64,000 nt of DNA from Myxococcota bacterium (GTDB taxonomy: Bacteria; Myxococcota_A; UBA9160; UBA4427), in NCBI GenBank assembly GCA_965250285.1, contig OZ252299.1, positions 4,096,001-4,160,000 on the forward strand, read 5' to 3'. The notes beneath the pieces are model-generated. The model was not told the DNA's origin and did no database searches. It saw only the letters and a program-made list of their open reading frames with translations. The stretch's first letter is position 1. The number at the start of each line of letters is the position of its first letter. This document shows positions 10,132 to 21,607 of the stretch, piece after piece. The position numbers and the translations under genes were made by a program.

Positions 10132-10220
10132 GGGGGCCTCCTCGTCTGCACGATAGCAATGGCCCCGGTGCGTTCTCTACCCTCCCCGGCTCACGGTTCG
10201 ACGACGAGAGGAGCGCCCCG

Positions 10221-10982
10221 ATGAGCGAGTTCTGGATCGAAAGCCGGCACGGGACAGTCGCGGTCCTGACGTTCGACCGCCCGCCGAAGAACTGGATGAG
10301 TCTCGAGGCGATGACCGAGCTCGTCGGGCACCTGCAGCGGCTCGCCGATGCGACGGACGAGGTGCGGGTCGTCATGCTGACCGGCGGCATCGACGGGTTC
10401 TTCATCGCGCACGCCGATCTCGACGACCTCGCGAAGATGGCGAAGGGTGAGCAGGTCGCGGGCGATCCACGCGCGTGGGTCGATGCGCTCGCGCTGCTCG
10501 AGTCGATGCCCCAGCCCACGGTCGCGGCGATCGACGGGCAGGCCTGGGGGGGCGGATGCGAGACCGCCCTCGCCTGCACGATGCGCATCGGCAGTGCGCG
10601 CGCCCACCTCGGTCAGCCCGAGGTGAGCGTCGGCATCATCCCGGGCGCGGGCGGCACGCAGCGATTGCCTCGTCTGGTCGGTGCCGGCATCGGCGCCGAG
10701 CTCTGCGTCACCGGCCGCATCGTGCAGGCCGACGAGGCGCATCGCATCGGTCTGCTGAACGCGATCCTGCCCACGGAGGGCTTCATCGAAGCCGCCGTCG
10801 AGTGGTGCGGTCGCATCGCGCGCAACCCGGGCGCCGCGGTCTTCGCAGCGAAACGGGCGGTCGTCGACGGGCTGAGGCTGCCACTCGAGGACGGGCTCAA
10901 GCTCGAGCGCGAGCTCTTCGCCCGTGCGAACGCTTCGGATGAAGCGCGCGCGGCCAACGCCGCCGTGCCGCGCCCCGACTGA
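10221..10982 (+). CDS. Enoyl-CoA hydratase/isomerase
   Basis: FIAHADL, AWGGGCE, QPEVSVGIIPGAGGTQRLPRLVG. Confidence 0.93.
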   Translation: MSEFWIESRHGTVAVLTFDRPPKNWMSLEAMTELVGHLQRLADATDEVRVVMLTGGIDGFFIAHADLDDLAKMAKGEQVAGDPRAWVDALALLESMPQPTVAAIDGQAWGGGCETALACTMRIGSARAHLGQPEVSVGIIPGAGGTQRLPRLVGAGIGAELCVTGRIVQADEAHRIGLLNAILPTEGFIEAAVEWCGRIARNPGAAVFAAKRAVVDGLRLPLEDGLKLERELFARANASDEARAANAAVPRPD

Positions 10983-10989
10983 GGACGAC

Positions 10990-11967
10990 GTGCCGGAGCC
11001 GGGTCGAGAGATGAAGCGCAGGTCGCGCAACGTGCCGCCGATTCCGATCGGCTGGTACTGCATTGGCTACGGCGACGACTTCGGCGTGGGCGAGGTGCAT
11101 GCGCTGCGCTGCTTCGCGCGCGACCTCGTCGTCTACCGGGTGCAGAGCGGCGCGATCACGTTGGCCGAGGCGCACTGCCCGCACCTCGGCGCCCACCTGC
11201 AAGGGGGCTTCGTCGACGGCGATGGGCTGCGCTGCCCGTTCCACCACTGGAAGTTCGACGCGGGCGGGGCGTGCATCGATGCACCGTACGCAGCGCGGAC
11301 GCCTTCGGCAAAGCTCGCGACCCTGCCCGTCGCCGAGGCGAATGGCTTCGTCTGGGCCTGGTACCACCCGCACGGCGAGGCGCCTTCCTTTCCGCTGCAC
11401 ACCTTCGACGAGATCGCTTCGGGGGAGTGGACGCCGTACCAGAAGCGCGAGTGGACGATCTCGACTCATGTGCAGGAGACCGGTGAGAACGCGGTCGATA
11501 GCGCGCACTTCCTCGCGGTCCACGGCGTGCCCGATCTGCTCGCCCGGCCGGAGGTTCGGTTCGAGGGCCACCTGCGCACATCGGATCTCGCGATGGAGCT
11601 GACGCGCATCACCGAGGCGAAAGGCCTCGAGCGCGGCCGGTACGTCGACGGGCACATCGTGACGATGAACTCGGGCCCTGGGCAGACGTGGACGCGACAG
11701 CTCGGCGTCGCCGATCTGCTGATCATCGGGCTGCCGACCCCGGTCGAGCGCGATCGGCTGGTCCTGCGATTCGCCTGCTCGGTTCCCAAGGCGCAGGTCG
11801 AGACGAAGGGACGCCTCAGCCAGGCGATCATCCAGAACGCCTTCGACCAGGTCGAGCAGGACATCCCGATCTGGGAGCACAAGCGCTACCTCGAGCGCCC
11901 CGTGCTCTGCGACGGCGACGGTCCGATCGCCGAGTACCGGCGCTGGTTCGCGCAGTTCTACGCCTGA
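10990..11967 (+). CDS. Rieske [2Fe-2S] oxygenase, KshA/sterol-desaturase-like
   Basis: CPHLG..CPFHHW Rieske ligands; ENAVDSAHFLAVH mononuclear iron motif; QDIPIWEHK..CDGDGPI..YRRWFAQFY; start 10990 (GTG) or 11011. Confidence 0.88.
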   Translation: MPEPGREMKRRSRNVPPIPIGWYCIGYGDDFGVGEVHALRCFARDLVVYRVQSGAITLAEAHCPHLGAHLQGGFVDGDGLRCPFHHWKFDAGGACIDAPYAARTPSAKLATLPVAEANGFVWAWYHPHGEAPSFPLHTFDEIASGEWTPYQKREWTISTHVQETGENAVDSAHFLAVHGVPDLLARPEVRFEGHLRTSDLAMELTRITEAKGLERGRYVDGHIVTMNSGPGQTWTRQLGVADLLIIGLPTPVERDRLVLRFACSVPKAQVETKGRLSQAIIQNAFDQVEQDIPIWEHKRYLERPVLCDGDGPIAEYRRWFAQFYA

Positions 11968-12059
11968 ATGGCACGCGGGCCAGCCTGCGGTCGCGACCCA
12001 CCCGCGGCCGGTGCGGCGCCAGCGGAGCGCGGGATCGGCGCGATCCCGGCTCCATGAAC

Positions 12060-12155
12060 TGAGCTGATTTCGGCACATATCACCCAGACGCCCCCTCTCC
12101 TCACCGCTTTGGGGCTGCGTGCCCCAATGAGCTGATTCGAGCCTATTTCAGCACA
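12060..12155 (+). promoter_or_regulatory. Repeated pseudo-palindromic sites upstream of amtB
   Basis: TGAGCTGATTTCGGCACA (12060-12077), TGAGCTGATT (12128-12137), CGAGCCTATTTCAGCACA (12138-12155). Confidence 0.4.
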
Positions 12156-12191
12156 CAACTGGCCAACGATCGTGTACACAGGTGCACTCTC

Positions 12192-13927
<1,736 letters not shown>

Positions 13928-13956
13928 GGCGCTCGCCCGACCCGGCACGGGCGATC

Positions 13957-14877
13957 TCAGCGCGCGCGCCGGGCCCGATCGGCGAGATACTCGAGCGTCC
14001 GCGCGTCGCCGCCGGGCTCGACGCGCCCGACGTAGGCTTCGAGCTCGGTGACGCCCGCATCGGCCAGTCGGTCGAGACCGGCGTCGAGCGCCGACTCGTC
14101 GCCGGCGAGCACGTAGTCGCGCACGTCGTCGCTGCCCTCCCGTTCGATCATCGCCCGGTAGCTCGGCAGGCTGCGATACGTCTCGAAGAGCGGGCCGAGC
14201 TTCGCGTGGGCTTCGTCGACCTTGGTGGTCAGCAGCACGTTGACCCCCGCGACGACGCGTGGCGAAGGCCGACCGGCGTCACGGGCAGCCGCAGCGATCG
14301 TCGGGACGATGTGCCGGGCGATCGTGCGGGGACCGGTCATCCAGAGGATCGTGCCGGCGGCACGCTCCCCGGCGATGCGCAGCATGCGCTCGCCCAGCGC
14401 CCCGATCAGCACCGGCACGTCCGCTCCGCCGGGCACGTCGAGTTCGAGCGCGCCCGAGATCTCGGCCCCGCGGTGCTCCGCACGGTGGCCTCGCAGCAGG
14501 GGCTCGAGCAGCGCCATCTGCTCCCGCATGTGGCGCGCCGGACGGGCGTACGGGAGCCCGTACATCGCCTCGATCACGACCGGATGCGACAAGCCGATGC
14601 CGAGGGTGAAGCGCCCGCGGCTGGCCGCGTTCGCCGTGAGCGCGGCCTGCGCAGTGGCTGCCGGATGGCGCGGCTGAACGGGGACCACCGCCGTCCCGAT
14701 CTCGATGCGCTCGGTCGCGCGCCCGACCAGCGCCGCCGCCGTGATCGCGTCGAGGCCGAAGACGTGGGGGATCCAGAGCGAGTCGAAGCCCATTCGCTCG
14801 AGCTCCCGGGCGCGTGTCTCGATGTCGGTGAGGGCGCCCGGCTGGGCGCGTGTGGCGAGCATGACTCCGATGCGCAC
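13957..14877 (-). CDS. LLM-class (probably F420-dependent) oxidoreductase
   Basis: AAGGAG + GTG; GFDSLW, IEIGTAVVP..PRHP, GRFTLGIGLSH, LWMTGP. Confidence 0.88.
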   Translation of the reverse strand: MRIGVMLATRAQPGALTDIETRARELERMGFDSLWIPHVFGLDAITAAALVGRATERIEIGTAVVPVQPRHPAATAQAALTANAASRGRFTLGIGLSHPVVIEAMYGLPYARPARHMREQMALLEPLLRGHRAEHRGAEISGALELDVPGGADVPVLIGALGERMLRIAGERAAGTILWMTGPRTIARHIVPTIAAAARDAGRPSPRVVAGVNVLLTTKVDEAHAKLGPLFETYRSLPSYRAMIEREGSDDVRDYVLAGDESALDAGLDRLADAGVTELEAYVGRVEPGGDARTLEYLADRARRAR

Positions 14878-15135
14878 GCGGTCTCCTTGCTGGTGGCGGC
14901 GGGCACGACCCGTCGACCGCACGCGGCCTCGGCGCGGGACGACGTCGATGTGCATCCGGCGCGCAGGCGCCGTGCAGGCCGATCGACGCCAACGAGCGAC
15001 TTCGACCACCATCGACCCTAACTCGGCCCGCGTTCGATTCAAGCCGTGCCCGTCTCAAGTCGCTCGCCTCGAAGCCGATGGCAAGAGGCAGACTGCCTGT
15101 CCGCGCGGCACTCGGAGCGCAAGGAGACCCCCCCC

Positions 15136-15747
15136 TTGAAGAACTCGTGCATCAAGGGATCGATCATCGACCGCCTCGTCGAAGACGTCTGCACCCTGCG
15201 CGAGGTCAGCGACAAGATGATGTCGCGCGTCGATGCCTATCTCGATGCAGAGACGCTCGAGCTGCTCGAGACCAAGGTGAATCCCGTCAGCTGGTACGCG
15301 CTGACGACATACGATCAGCTGTCACGCGCCTTGCTCGACATCGAGGGCCACGGCGACGTCGCGTACCTGCGCGAGCGAGGCAACGCCATCGGGCGGCGCA
15401 CGATGGAGGCCGGGCTCTATCAGCAGCTCGAGTATCTGAGCCGCACGCGAAACGCAGTCAGTCTCGACGCCTATCTGCGCGACATGCGACTGATCGTGAC
15501 GTTGCAAGGGGCCCTCGTCAGCACCGGCACCTGGACGGCCGAACCCGACACCGAGCACGCCGAGCGGGTCACGCTCCTCGCACGCGACGTCGAGGGCTAC
15601 CCCGAGACGCTGTGCCACAGCACTGCGGGGTTCATGACCGGGGTCTCGGCGTTGACGCACGACAGCGGCATCGAGTGGCGATGGGAGCGCCCCTCCGAGA
15701 ACGAGGTGCACTACCGCATGGACCGCGACCTTTCGGCGCTCGACTGA
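15136..15747 (+). CDS. Hypothetical protein (possible DUF2378/V4R-like ligand-binding fold)
   Basis: AAGGAG before TTG; IKGS and PVSWY motifs; coding-like codon bias. Confidence 0.6.
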   Translation: MKNSCIKGSIIDRLVEDVCTLREVSDKMMSRVDAYLDAETLELLETKVNPVSWYALTTYDQLSRALLDIEGHGDVAYLRERGNAIGRRTMEAGLYQQLEYLSRTRNAVSLDAYLRDMRLIVTLQGALVSTGTWTAEPDTEHAERVTLLARDVEGYPETLCHSTAGFMTGVSALTHDSGIEWRWERPSENEVHYRMDRDLSALD

Positions 15748-17132
15748 GACGGATCGAAGAGCCGCGACCAGAGGCAGGCCATCCCCCAGGCCGCGGGCAC
15801 GATCATCAGCGCTTCGAGGAGCAGCCTGAAACGCGCCGACGTGATGATCCCGCCGAGCGCCACGACCAGGCCGAGTGCAGCCGCAACGACCAGCCAGTCA
15901 GGCCCGCGCGGCCGACCCCAGAAGCCGAGCCCCACCCCCGAGAGCACCGCGAGCCCGAGATAGGGCAGCCGGTAGGGCAAGGCGAACGAGCGTGGATTCG
16001 TGTCGTCGAACCACGCGATCATCGCGAGCCGTCGCAGGACCATCTTCGGGTATTGGGCGGGCGCTGCGGCCAGCTCGCGGCGAATCCGCTCGCCGAACCA
16101 TGCCATGCGCGCCCGCTCATCGGGGAGCGCCTGCAGCGCCTCGACCTCTTCCGCCGCGAGCCGCGTGTCGACGCTCACCGCTTGGCGACGCGCTGCTTCG
16201 AGGCCCGACTCGAGGTCGGCTCCGCCGATGCGCCAACGCAGTGTCGCCGCCGTCGCAGCTTCGACGGGCCGCTTGTCGGTGCCCGATGCCCCGACGTGGT
16301 TGCCCTGCCAGAACACGTACCAGAACGAGCTCTTGATGAAGGTCGGCGCACCGAGTGCGCCGGTGTTGCGGGCGACCCAGGGCAGCACGCAGAGCGCCGC
16401 CACGAGAGGCACCCACACGACGTGGGGTGCGAAGCGTCGAGCCGAAGGCGGCGCTCCCTCGCCGGTCGGTCGCGCGAACCCACCGAGCGCGAGCGGCCAC
16501 CACGCCAGACCGAGCGGCAACGCGAGGATCGGCTCGCCGAGACAGGCGACACCGACCCCGAGGCCCGCCTCGATGGCGCGACGTCGGCTCGGGCGCTGGG
16601 CGGTCCGCGCGAACAGGCCCAACACGAAGAGCAGCATGCAGACCGACCAGGCGATCGACTGGATGCGCGTCGCCATGTACACGAAGGCAGGCGCCAATGC
16701 GAAGCCGGCGAGGGCCAGCTGCTGCCAGGCGGCGACGCGGGTGGGCGATTCGGCAGGATCGGACGTGAGGCGACGTTCGCCGAGCAACCCCACGAGCCAG
16801 GCGAGCCCCATCAGACCGGGCACGCAGAGCGCGGCCATCACGAGCTGCGCCGCCAGCGTCGCCGCGGGCGTCGCGACGCCGAAGATCGCGTAGCAGAGGG
16901 CCAGCAGCGCGGGAATCACCGGCGCCTGGGTGGCCGTCGGACCGGCCTCGAGGGCATAGAAGGGAAACGCGAAGCCGCCGCCCGAAACGAGCTGGCGCGC
17001 GATGACGTCGTGCTCGTACGCACCGGCGGCGGCCGGCCCACCGGTCCAGGTGCCGAGCAGCACAATCGCGGCCAACCGAACGCACAACGCGAGCCCGATC
17101 CATGCCGCGAGCTGACGCTCCGATCGCTTCAC
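15711..17132 (-). CDS. GT-C fold (ArnT/PMT-like) membrane glycosyltransferase
   Basis: Multi-TM; YEHDVIARQL..G.G first loop, PWVARN, FWQGN, SARFRL; 37-bp convergent overlap with neighbour. Confidence 0.7.
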   Translation of the reverse strand: MKRSERQLAAWIGLALCVRLAAIVLLGTWTGGPAAAGAYEHDVIARQLVSGGGFAFPFYALEAGPTATQAPVIPALLALCYAIFGVATPAATLAAQLVMAALCVPGLMGLAWLVGLLGERRLTSDPAESPTRVAAWQQLALAGFALAPAFVYMATRIQSIAWSVCMLLFVLGLFARTAQRPSRRRAIEAGLGVGVACLGEPILALPLGLAWWPLALGGFARPTGEGAPPSARRFAPHVVWVPLVAALCVLPWVARNTGALGAPTFIKSSFWYVFWQGNHVGASGTDKRPVEAATAATLRWRIGGADLESGLEAARRQAVSVDTRLAAEEVEALQALPDERARMAWFGERIRRELAAAPAQYPKMVLRRLAMIAWFDDTNPRSFALPYRLPYLGLAVLSGVGLGFWGRPRGPDWLVVAAALGLVVALGGIITSARFRLLLEALMIVPAAWGMACLWSRLFDPSQSSAERSRSMR

Positions 17133-17185
17133 GCCATCAGCCCAGTCGCTCGACAGACTTCGTGCATGCGATCAGCCGGCGCCGG

Positions 17186-17566
17186 TCAGGTGTCAAATGA
17201 CGGAAACGGGCCTCGCGCTTCGCGCGGCATCAGCGCGTCGCGCATCGGCACGGCCTCGTTGACCGTCACGATGTAGACGACCTTCTCGTTCACTTCACCC
17301 TCGGCGTGCCATGCGCCTTTCGGGATCACCAGCCGATCACCCGGTCCGATCGGCACGCGCTGCTCGTCTTCGTCGAGCAGATACGTCTCACCCTCGATCA
17401 CGTAGCCGATGATGTCGTAGTCGTGGTAGTGCACGGGCAGCTCGGGGGAGCGGCCCGAAAGGAACGTCGTGGGCCAGAAGCCCGTCTTGCGAATGTCGTC
17501 CATCACGTCGGAGCGTGTCTCGAAGTAGTTCTTGTCGACGACCATCTTCGGTTCGGGTTCGGACAT
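17186..17566 (-). CDS. Cupin domain protein
   Basis: PVHYH..YVIEG..GPGDRLVIPKGAWHAE. Confidence 0.85.
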   Translation of the reverse strand: MSEPEPKMVVDKNYFETRSDVMDDIRKTGFWPTTFLSGRSPELPVHYHDYDIIGYVIEGETYLLDEDEQRVPIGPGDRLVIPKGAWHAEGEVNEKVVYIVTVNEAVPMRDALMPREARGPFPSFDT

Positions 17567-17664
17567 CGGTCGTGTCTCCATCAAATGCGTCGCTCTGCGC
17601 GAGTGCGAGCGCGTGACAAGAGGGTACGTCGGTGCGCGGGCTTCCTGCTAGCGTCTCGATCACG

Positions 17665-18966
17665 ATGAGAGCCGGCGCACGTCAAGGCGAGAATTGCATC
17701 GGAAGACGGCGTGTCGGCCGACTCGACGAGACGCCCCGACCCGTTCGGGCGGTTGCCCTCTCCGCCGCGTTCGCGCTCGCCCCCGCGCTCGCCCTTGCCG
17801 TCGCCCTCGCCCTTGCCCTCGCCCCCGCGCTCGGCCATGCCGACGTGGCGGCCGCGGCGGGGCTCGTTCCGCTGCCGCCGCATCCGGCCGAGGTCACGTG
17901 GCCGACCGAGTCGTGGCCCGAAGCCCCGTTCCCACACGACGTCGATCAGGCCGCATTCGACGAGGCCGAGGCGCAGCTCTTCGAGAGCACGGGTCGCACG
18001 GGCGTGCCCGACACACGCGCCCTGTTGATCGTGCGAGACGGTCGCATCGTATTCGAACGGTACGGCGAGGGCTTCGACGCAAGCAGTCGGTTCCAGTCAT
18101 GGTCGATGGCCAAGAGCATCACGAACGCCTTCGTCGCACTGCTCGTCCGCGATGGGCAGCTCGAGCTCGATGCGCCGGCGCTCGTCGAGGCGTGGCAGGG
18201 CGATGGCGATCCGCGTGGCGCGATCACGCTGCGCCACCTGCTCCAGATGCGCAGCGGCCTCGACAACGACGATGGCTTTGGGGCCGACGACATGACCGAC
18301 TCGTTCGTCTCGCGGCTGCTGTTCGGCCCCGGCTCGAGCTCGCCCGCGGCGTACGCGTCCGACGTACCCCTCGCGCATCCGGTGGGTGAGCATTGGGCCT
18401 ACTCGACCGGTTCGAGCACGTTGCTCGCCGCGATCGCCGGCGAGGCCGTCGGCGACGGGGCACCTGACACCCTGGCGTTCCTGCGCGCGCGCCTCTTCGA
18501 ACCGCTCGGCATGCACAGCGCCCAGCCCGAGTTCGCACCCAGCGGCGAGTTCATCGGCGGGGCGTTCATGCACGCCAACGCCCGGGACTGGGCGCGCTTC
18601 GGCTACCTCTATCTGCGCGACGGTACGTGGGCCGGCGAGCGCCTGCTGCCCGAAGGCTGGGTCGACTTCAGCCGCACGCCGAGCCCGGCCTCGAACAACG
18701 GCATCCACGGGGCCCACTTCTGGCTCAACGGAGAGCCCGGCCCGGAGCAGTGGGTCGTGCTGCCCGGCGCGCCCGAGTCGGCGTTCATGGCCGAGGGCGC
18801 GATGTTCCAGATGGTCGCAATCATCCCCACCAAGGATCTGGTCGTCGTGCGACTCGGCGAGTCGCAGGGCAAGGATCACAAGGTGCTGCGTGAAGACCTC
18901 GCTCGGCTGATCGCGGCTTTTCCGGAGCGAGCGGGCGCAGCCCCGGACACCGGAGCGGAGCGATGA
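17665..18966 (+). CDS. Beta-lactamase-related serine hydrolase (secreted)
   Basis: SxxK in SWSMAKS, ITLRHLLQMRSGL, WAYSTG, RDWARFG; start uncertain. Confidence 0.88.
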   Translation: MRAGARQGENCIGRRRVGRLDETPRPVRAVALSAAFALAPALALAVALALALAPALGHADVAAAAGLVPLPPHPAEVTWPTESWPEAPFPHDVDQAAFDEAEAQLFESTGRTGVPDTRALLIVRDGRIVFERYGEGFDASSRFQSWSMAKSITNAFVALLVRDGQLELDAPALVEAWQGDGDPRGAITLRHLLQMRSGLDNDDGFGADDMTDSFVSRLLFGPGSSSPAAYASDVPLAHPVGEHWAYSTGSSTLLAAIAGEAVGDGAPDTLAFLRARLFEPLGMHSAQPEFAPSGEFIGGAFMHANARDWARFGYLYLRDGTWAGERLLPEGWVDFSRTPSPASNNGIHGAHFWLNGEPGPEQWVVLPGAPESAFMAEGAMFQMVAIIPTKDLVVVRLGESQGKDHKVLREDLARLIAAFPERAGAAPDTGAER

Positions 18967-19271
18967 AGCGATGGTTGATCGCTGGCGCGGGGGTCGCCGT
19001 GCTCATCGCAGTCATCGTCGTGTGGACCGAGCTCGTCGTTCCGACCCGCAAGGCCGTCGGCATCGGCACGAGCATGCTCGCGAAGCAGATGTGCTCCTGC
19101 ATGTTCGTCGCCGGCCGAAGTCAAGCCGACTGCCGCGCGGATCAATTCTCGACGATGGATTCGATCGACGTCGAGATCGACCGGGACGCCCGTCTGGTGC
19201 GCGCGTCCGTGCCGGTGCTCGGCGAGCGCAGCGCCGCCTATTCGGAGGATTTCGGATGCATGCTCCGCTGA
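18963..19271 (+). CDS. Small membrane-anchored Cys-rich protein (AKxxCSCxFV type)
   Basis: ATGA overlap; N-terminal TM; AKQMCSCMFVAGR..C..GC. Confidence 0.75.
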   Translation: MKRWLIAGAGVAVLIAVIVVWTELVVPTRKAVGIGTSMLAKQMCSCMFVAGRSQADCRADQFSTMDSIDVEIDRDARLVRASVPVLGERSAAYSEDFGCMLR

Positions 19272-19723
19272 ATGCCCGCGGTTGGATCCTGCTCGGAGCC
19301 ATCGCCAGCCTGGCCGCTTGCAGCGGCCCTTGCGGGCTCCTGCCTGGAGGCGCCCTCGTCGGCGCCGAGAAGCCCGTGCCCTCGAGCTTCGCCTTTGCGG
19401 GCGACGCAGGGACGATGCAGCTCGAGACGAATCCCACCGAGCCATACTCGGTCAACATTGCGTACACGTTCGTCGACGATGTCTTCTACATTAATGCTGG
19501 AGACACCGAGACGCAGTGGGTGAAGCACATCGACGCGAACCCCGACGTCCGGGTGCGCATCGACGGAACGCTCTACGAGATGCGGGCGGAGCGCGTGCGC
19601 GACGCCGATGAGATCGCGAAGTTCGGCGAGGCGTGGACCAACCAGTCCGTCTTTCGGCGAGATCCCACGGCGTTCGATGAGGTTTGGATCTACCGACTGA
19701 CCGCGCGACCCGAGGCGTCGTGA
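19256..19723 (+). CDS. Putative lipoprotein, split-barrel (DUF2255/deazaflavin-nitroreductase-like)
   Basis: GGAGG RBS; lipobox LAAC; WVKHIDANPDVRVRIDG. Confidence 0.65.
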   Translation: MHAPLNARGWILLGAIASLAACSGPCGLLPGGALVGAEKPVPSSFAFAGDAGTMQLETNPTEPYSVNIAYTFVDDVFYINAGDTETQWVKHIDANPDVRVRIDGTLYEMRAERVRDADEIAKFGEAWTNQSVFRRDPTAFDEVWIYRLTARPEAS

Positions 19724-20079
19724 GTCCCCTCGGCGCCGACAGGCTGGCCAAGCTGCGCGCGCAGCTCGAAGACCTGGTGCGCAGCCTGCGAGAGCAGATC
19801 GACGGGACGCGCGAAGCGGCCGAGCCCGTCGACCTCGACGAGCCGATCGGTCGCGTCTCGCGCATGGACGCGATCCAGGAGCAGAGCATGGTCCAGGCGA
19901 ACCGAAGCGCGGCGCAGCGACGACTGGCGCTCGCCCGTGCCGCCCTGGAGCGGCTCGAGGAAGACGAGTACGGAGACTGTGCGAGCTGCGGCGAGGAGAT
20001 CGCGCCGGCCCGGCTCGAAGCGTCACCCGAGGCCGCGCTCTGTGTCGAATGTCAGGGACGACGCGAGTCGCGCCGCTGA
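19720..20079 (+). CDS. TraR/DksA family C4 zinc-finger protein
   Basis: GTGA overlap; coiled coil with GRVSRMDA; YGDCASCGEEI..RLEASP..LCVECQ. Confidence 0.9.
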   Translation: MSPLGADRLAKLRAQLEDLVRSLREQIDGTREAAEPVDLDEPIGRVSRMDAIQEQSMVQANRSAAQRRLALARAALERLEEDEYGDCASCGEEIAPARLEASPEAALCVECQGRRESRR

Positions 20080-20107
20080 AGTCGGGGCATCTTGACCGCC
20101 GCGCCCC

Positions 20108-21607
20108 TCATGTCCCCACCTGACGCCGGCGTTCGAGCTCGGCGAGGATCTCCTGATGCCGGGCCCGCGTGATGCGGTAGCCGCGCAGGAAGACGAGGCT
20201 CAGCAGATACAGCACGAACATGCACGGCCCGACGGCCAGCCCGAGCAGAAAGACCTTGTCGGGGGGCACATCGGTGGGCGCCGCCTGCTTTGGGAACGAC
20301 ACGACGTCGAGCGCGACCCCCGCAACGAAGCCGCCGAGACCCGACACGGCCTTGCCGGCGAACGCGATGGCCGATGAGAACATGCCCTCCTGGCGCTTGC
20401 CGTTCTCGAGCTCGCCCTCGTCGATCACGTCCGCGATCATCGACGAGAGGATGATGCCGATCATGATCACGGCCGCGACGAGCACCACGCTGTGGACGAT
20501 GAGGAGGGGGAGCAGCGCGGGGTGGCCGTTCGGCGGGAACCATCCGATCAGTCGCAGGAAGATCGGCAGCGGGCCCCACACGATCGCCGCGCCGGCCATG
20601 ATCAGCGCCGTGCGGCGCTTCTCGAACTTCTGACTCACCGGCCGGGCCAGACCGACTCCCACGAGGAGCGCGATCAGCAGGAAGAGCGCCATGGTCGCGA
20701 TCTGCTCGGAGCTGAGCCCCCAGAAGTAGGTCGACATGTAGAGGCCGACGACGTCGTTGAAGCCGCCCGCGACCGATGCGAAGAGCAGCCCGATCACCAG
20801 CATGAAGTAGGAGCGGTTTCGGAATACGTCTCGCATCTCACCGACGATGCGTCGCAGCGAGAAGGGCTCCGACTCGGGAGGCGACTTCAGCCGCGGGATC
20901 AGGCGGTGGGTGCCCAGGCTGCAGACCAGGATCGCGACCACGATGGCGACGGCGCTCACCAGCGCGTAGCCCCCGTAGGCCGCCGCATCGAGCCGACCGT
21001 CCTCGAGCCCCGGCTTTGCGACGAAGAAGAACCGGTAGCCGACCTGTCCGATCGCGATGCCACCGATCCAGCCGAAGAAGAATCGCCAGGATACGAGCGT
21101 CGTGCGCACGTCGTAGTCGGACGTGAGCTCGGCAGTCATCGAATTGCTCGGGATCGAGTAGAAGGTCATCGACGTCCGCACGGCGATCGCGAACACGGTG
21201 AACCAGGCGAAGAGACCCGTCTCGGTGAGCCCTTCAGGCGGATTGAAGAGCAACCAGATCGAGAGGCCCATGGGCAGCGCGGACGCGTACATGAAGGGGT
21301 GCCGTCGCCCCCAACGCGAGTGGAGGTTGTCGGACAGCGACCCGACGAGTGGGTCGGTGATCGCATCGACGCAGAGCGCCAGAAAGATCGCCGCGCCCGA
21401 GAGGGTCCCCGAAAGGCCCAGCACCGCGTTGTAGTAGAAGAGCAGGAACGTGTTGAACGCGGTGTTCTTCACGCCCTCGGAAACCGAGCCGAAGCCGTAC
21501 GCGACCTGAGCCGTGAACGGCACGCGGTCGCCTGCCGAAGCGCTCGGCGCCTCGGCGCCGCCACCGGGACCGGCTTCGACGGGCGGCCCTTCGGCCTCGG
21601 TCGTCAT
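20108..21607 (-). CDS. MFS transporter, GPH/MelB-like
   Basis: [44 protein letters not shown] overlap with upstream gene. Confidence 0.92.
   Translation of the reverse strand: MTTEAEGPPVEAGPGGGAEAPSASAGDRVPFTAQVAYGFGSVSEGVKNTAFNTFLLFYYNAVLGLSGTLSGAAIFLALCVDAITDPLVGSLSDNLHSRWGRRHPFMYASALPMGLSIWLLFNPPEGLTETGLFAWFTVFAIAVRTSMTFYSIPSNSMTAELTSDYDVRTTLVSWRFFFGWIGGIAIGQVGYRFFFVAKPGLEDGRLDAAAYGGYALVSAVAIVVAILVCSLGTHRLIPRLKSPPESEPFSLRRIVGEMRDVFRNRSYFMLVIGLLFASVAGGFNDVVGLYMSTYFWGLSSEQIATMALFLLIALLVGVGLARPVSQKFEKRRTALIMAGAAIVWGPLPIFLRLIGWFPPNGHPALLPLLIVHSVVLVAAVIMIGIILSSMIADVIDEGELENGKRQEGMFSSAIAFAGKAVSGLGGFVAGVALDVVSFPKQAAPTDVPPDKVFLLGLAVGPCMFVLYLLSLVFLRGYRITRARHQEILAELERRRQVGT

Noticed and set aside
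11969..12176. Sigma-54 promoter for amtB (TGGCAC at 11969, TGGCCA at 12160)
   Set aside because: GG-N10-GC spacing is not satisfied in either case
19720..20079. Bona fide dksA
   Set aside because: Short, and lacks the DxxDxA coiled-coil tip; called family member only
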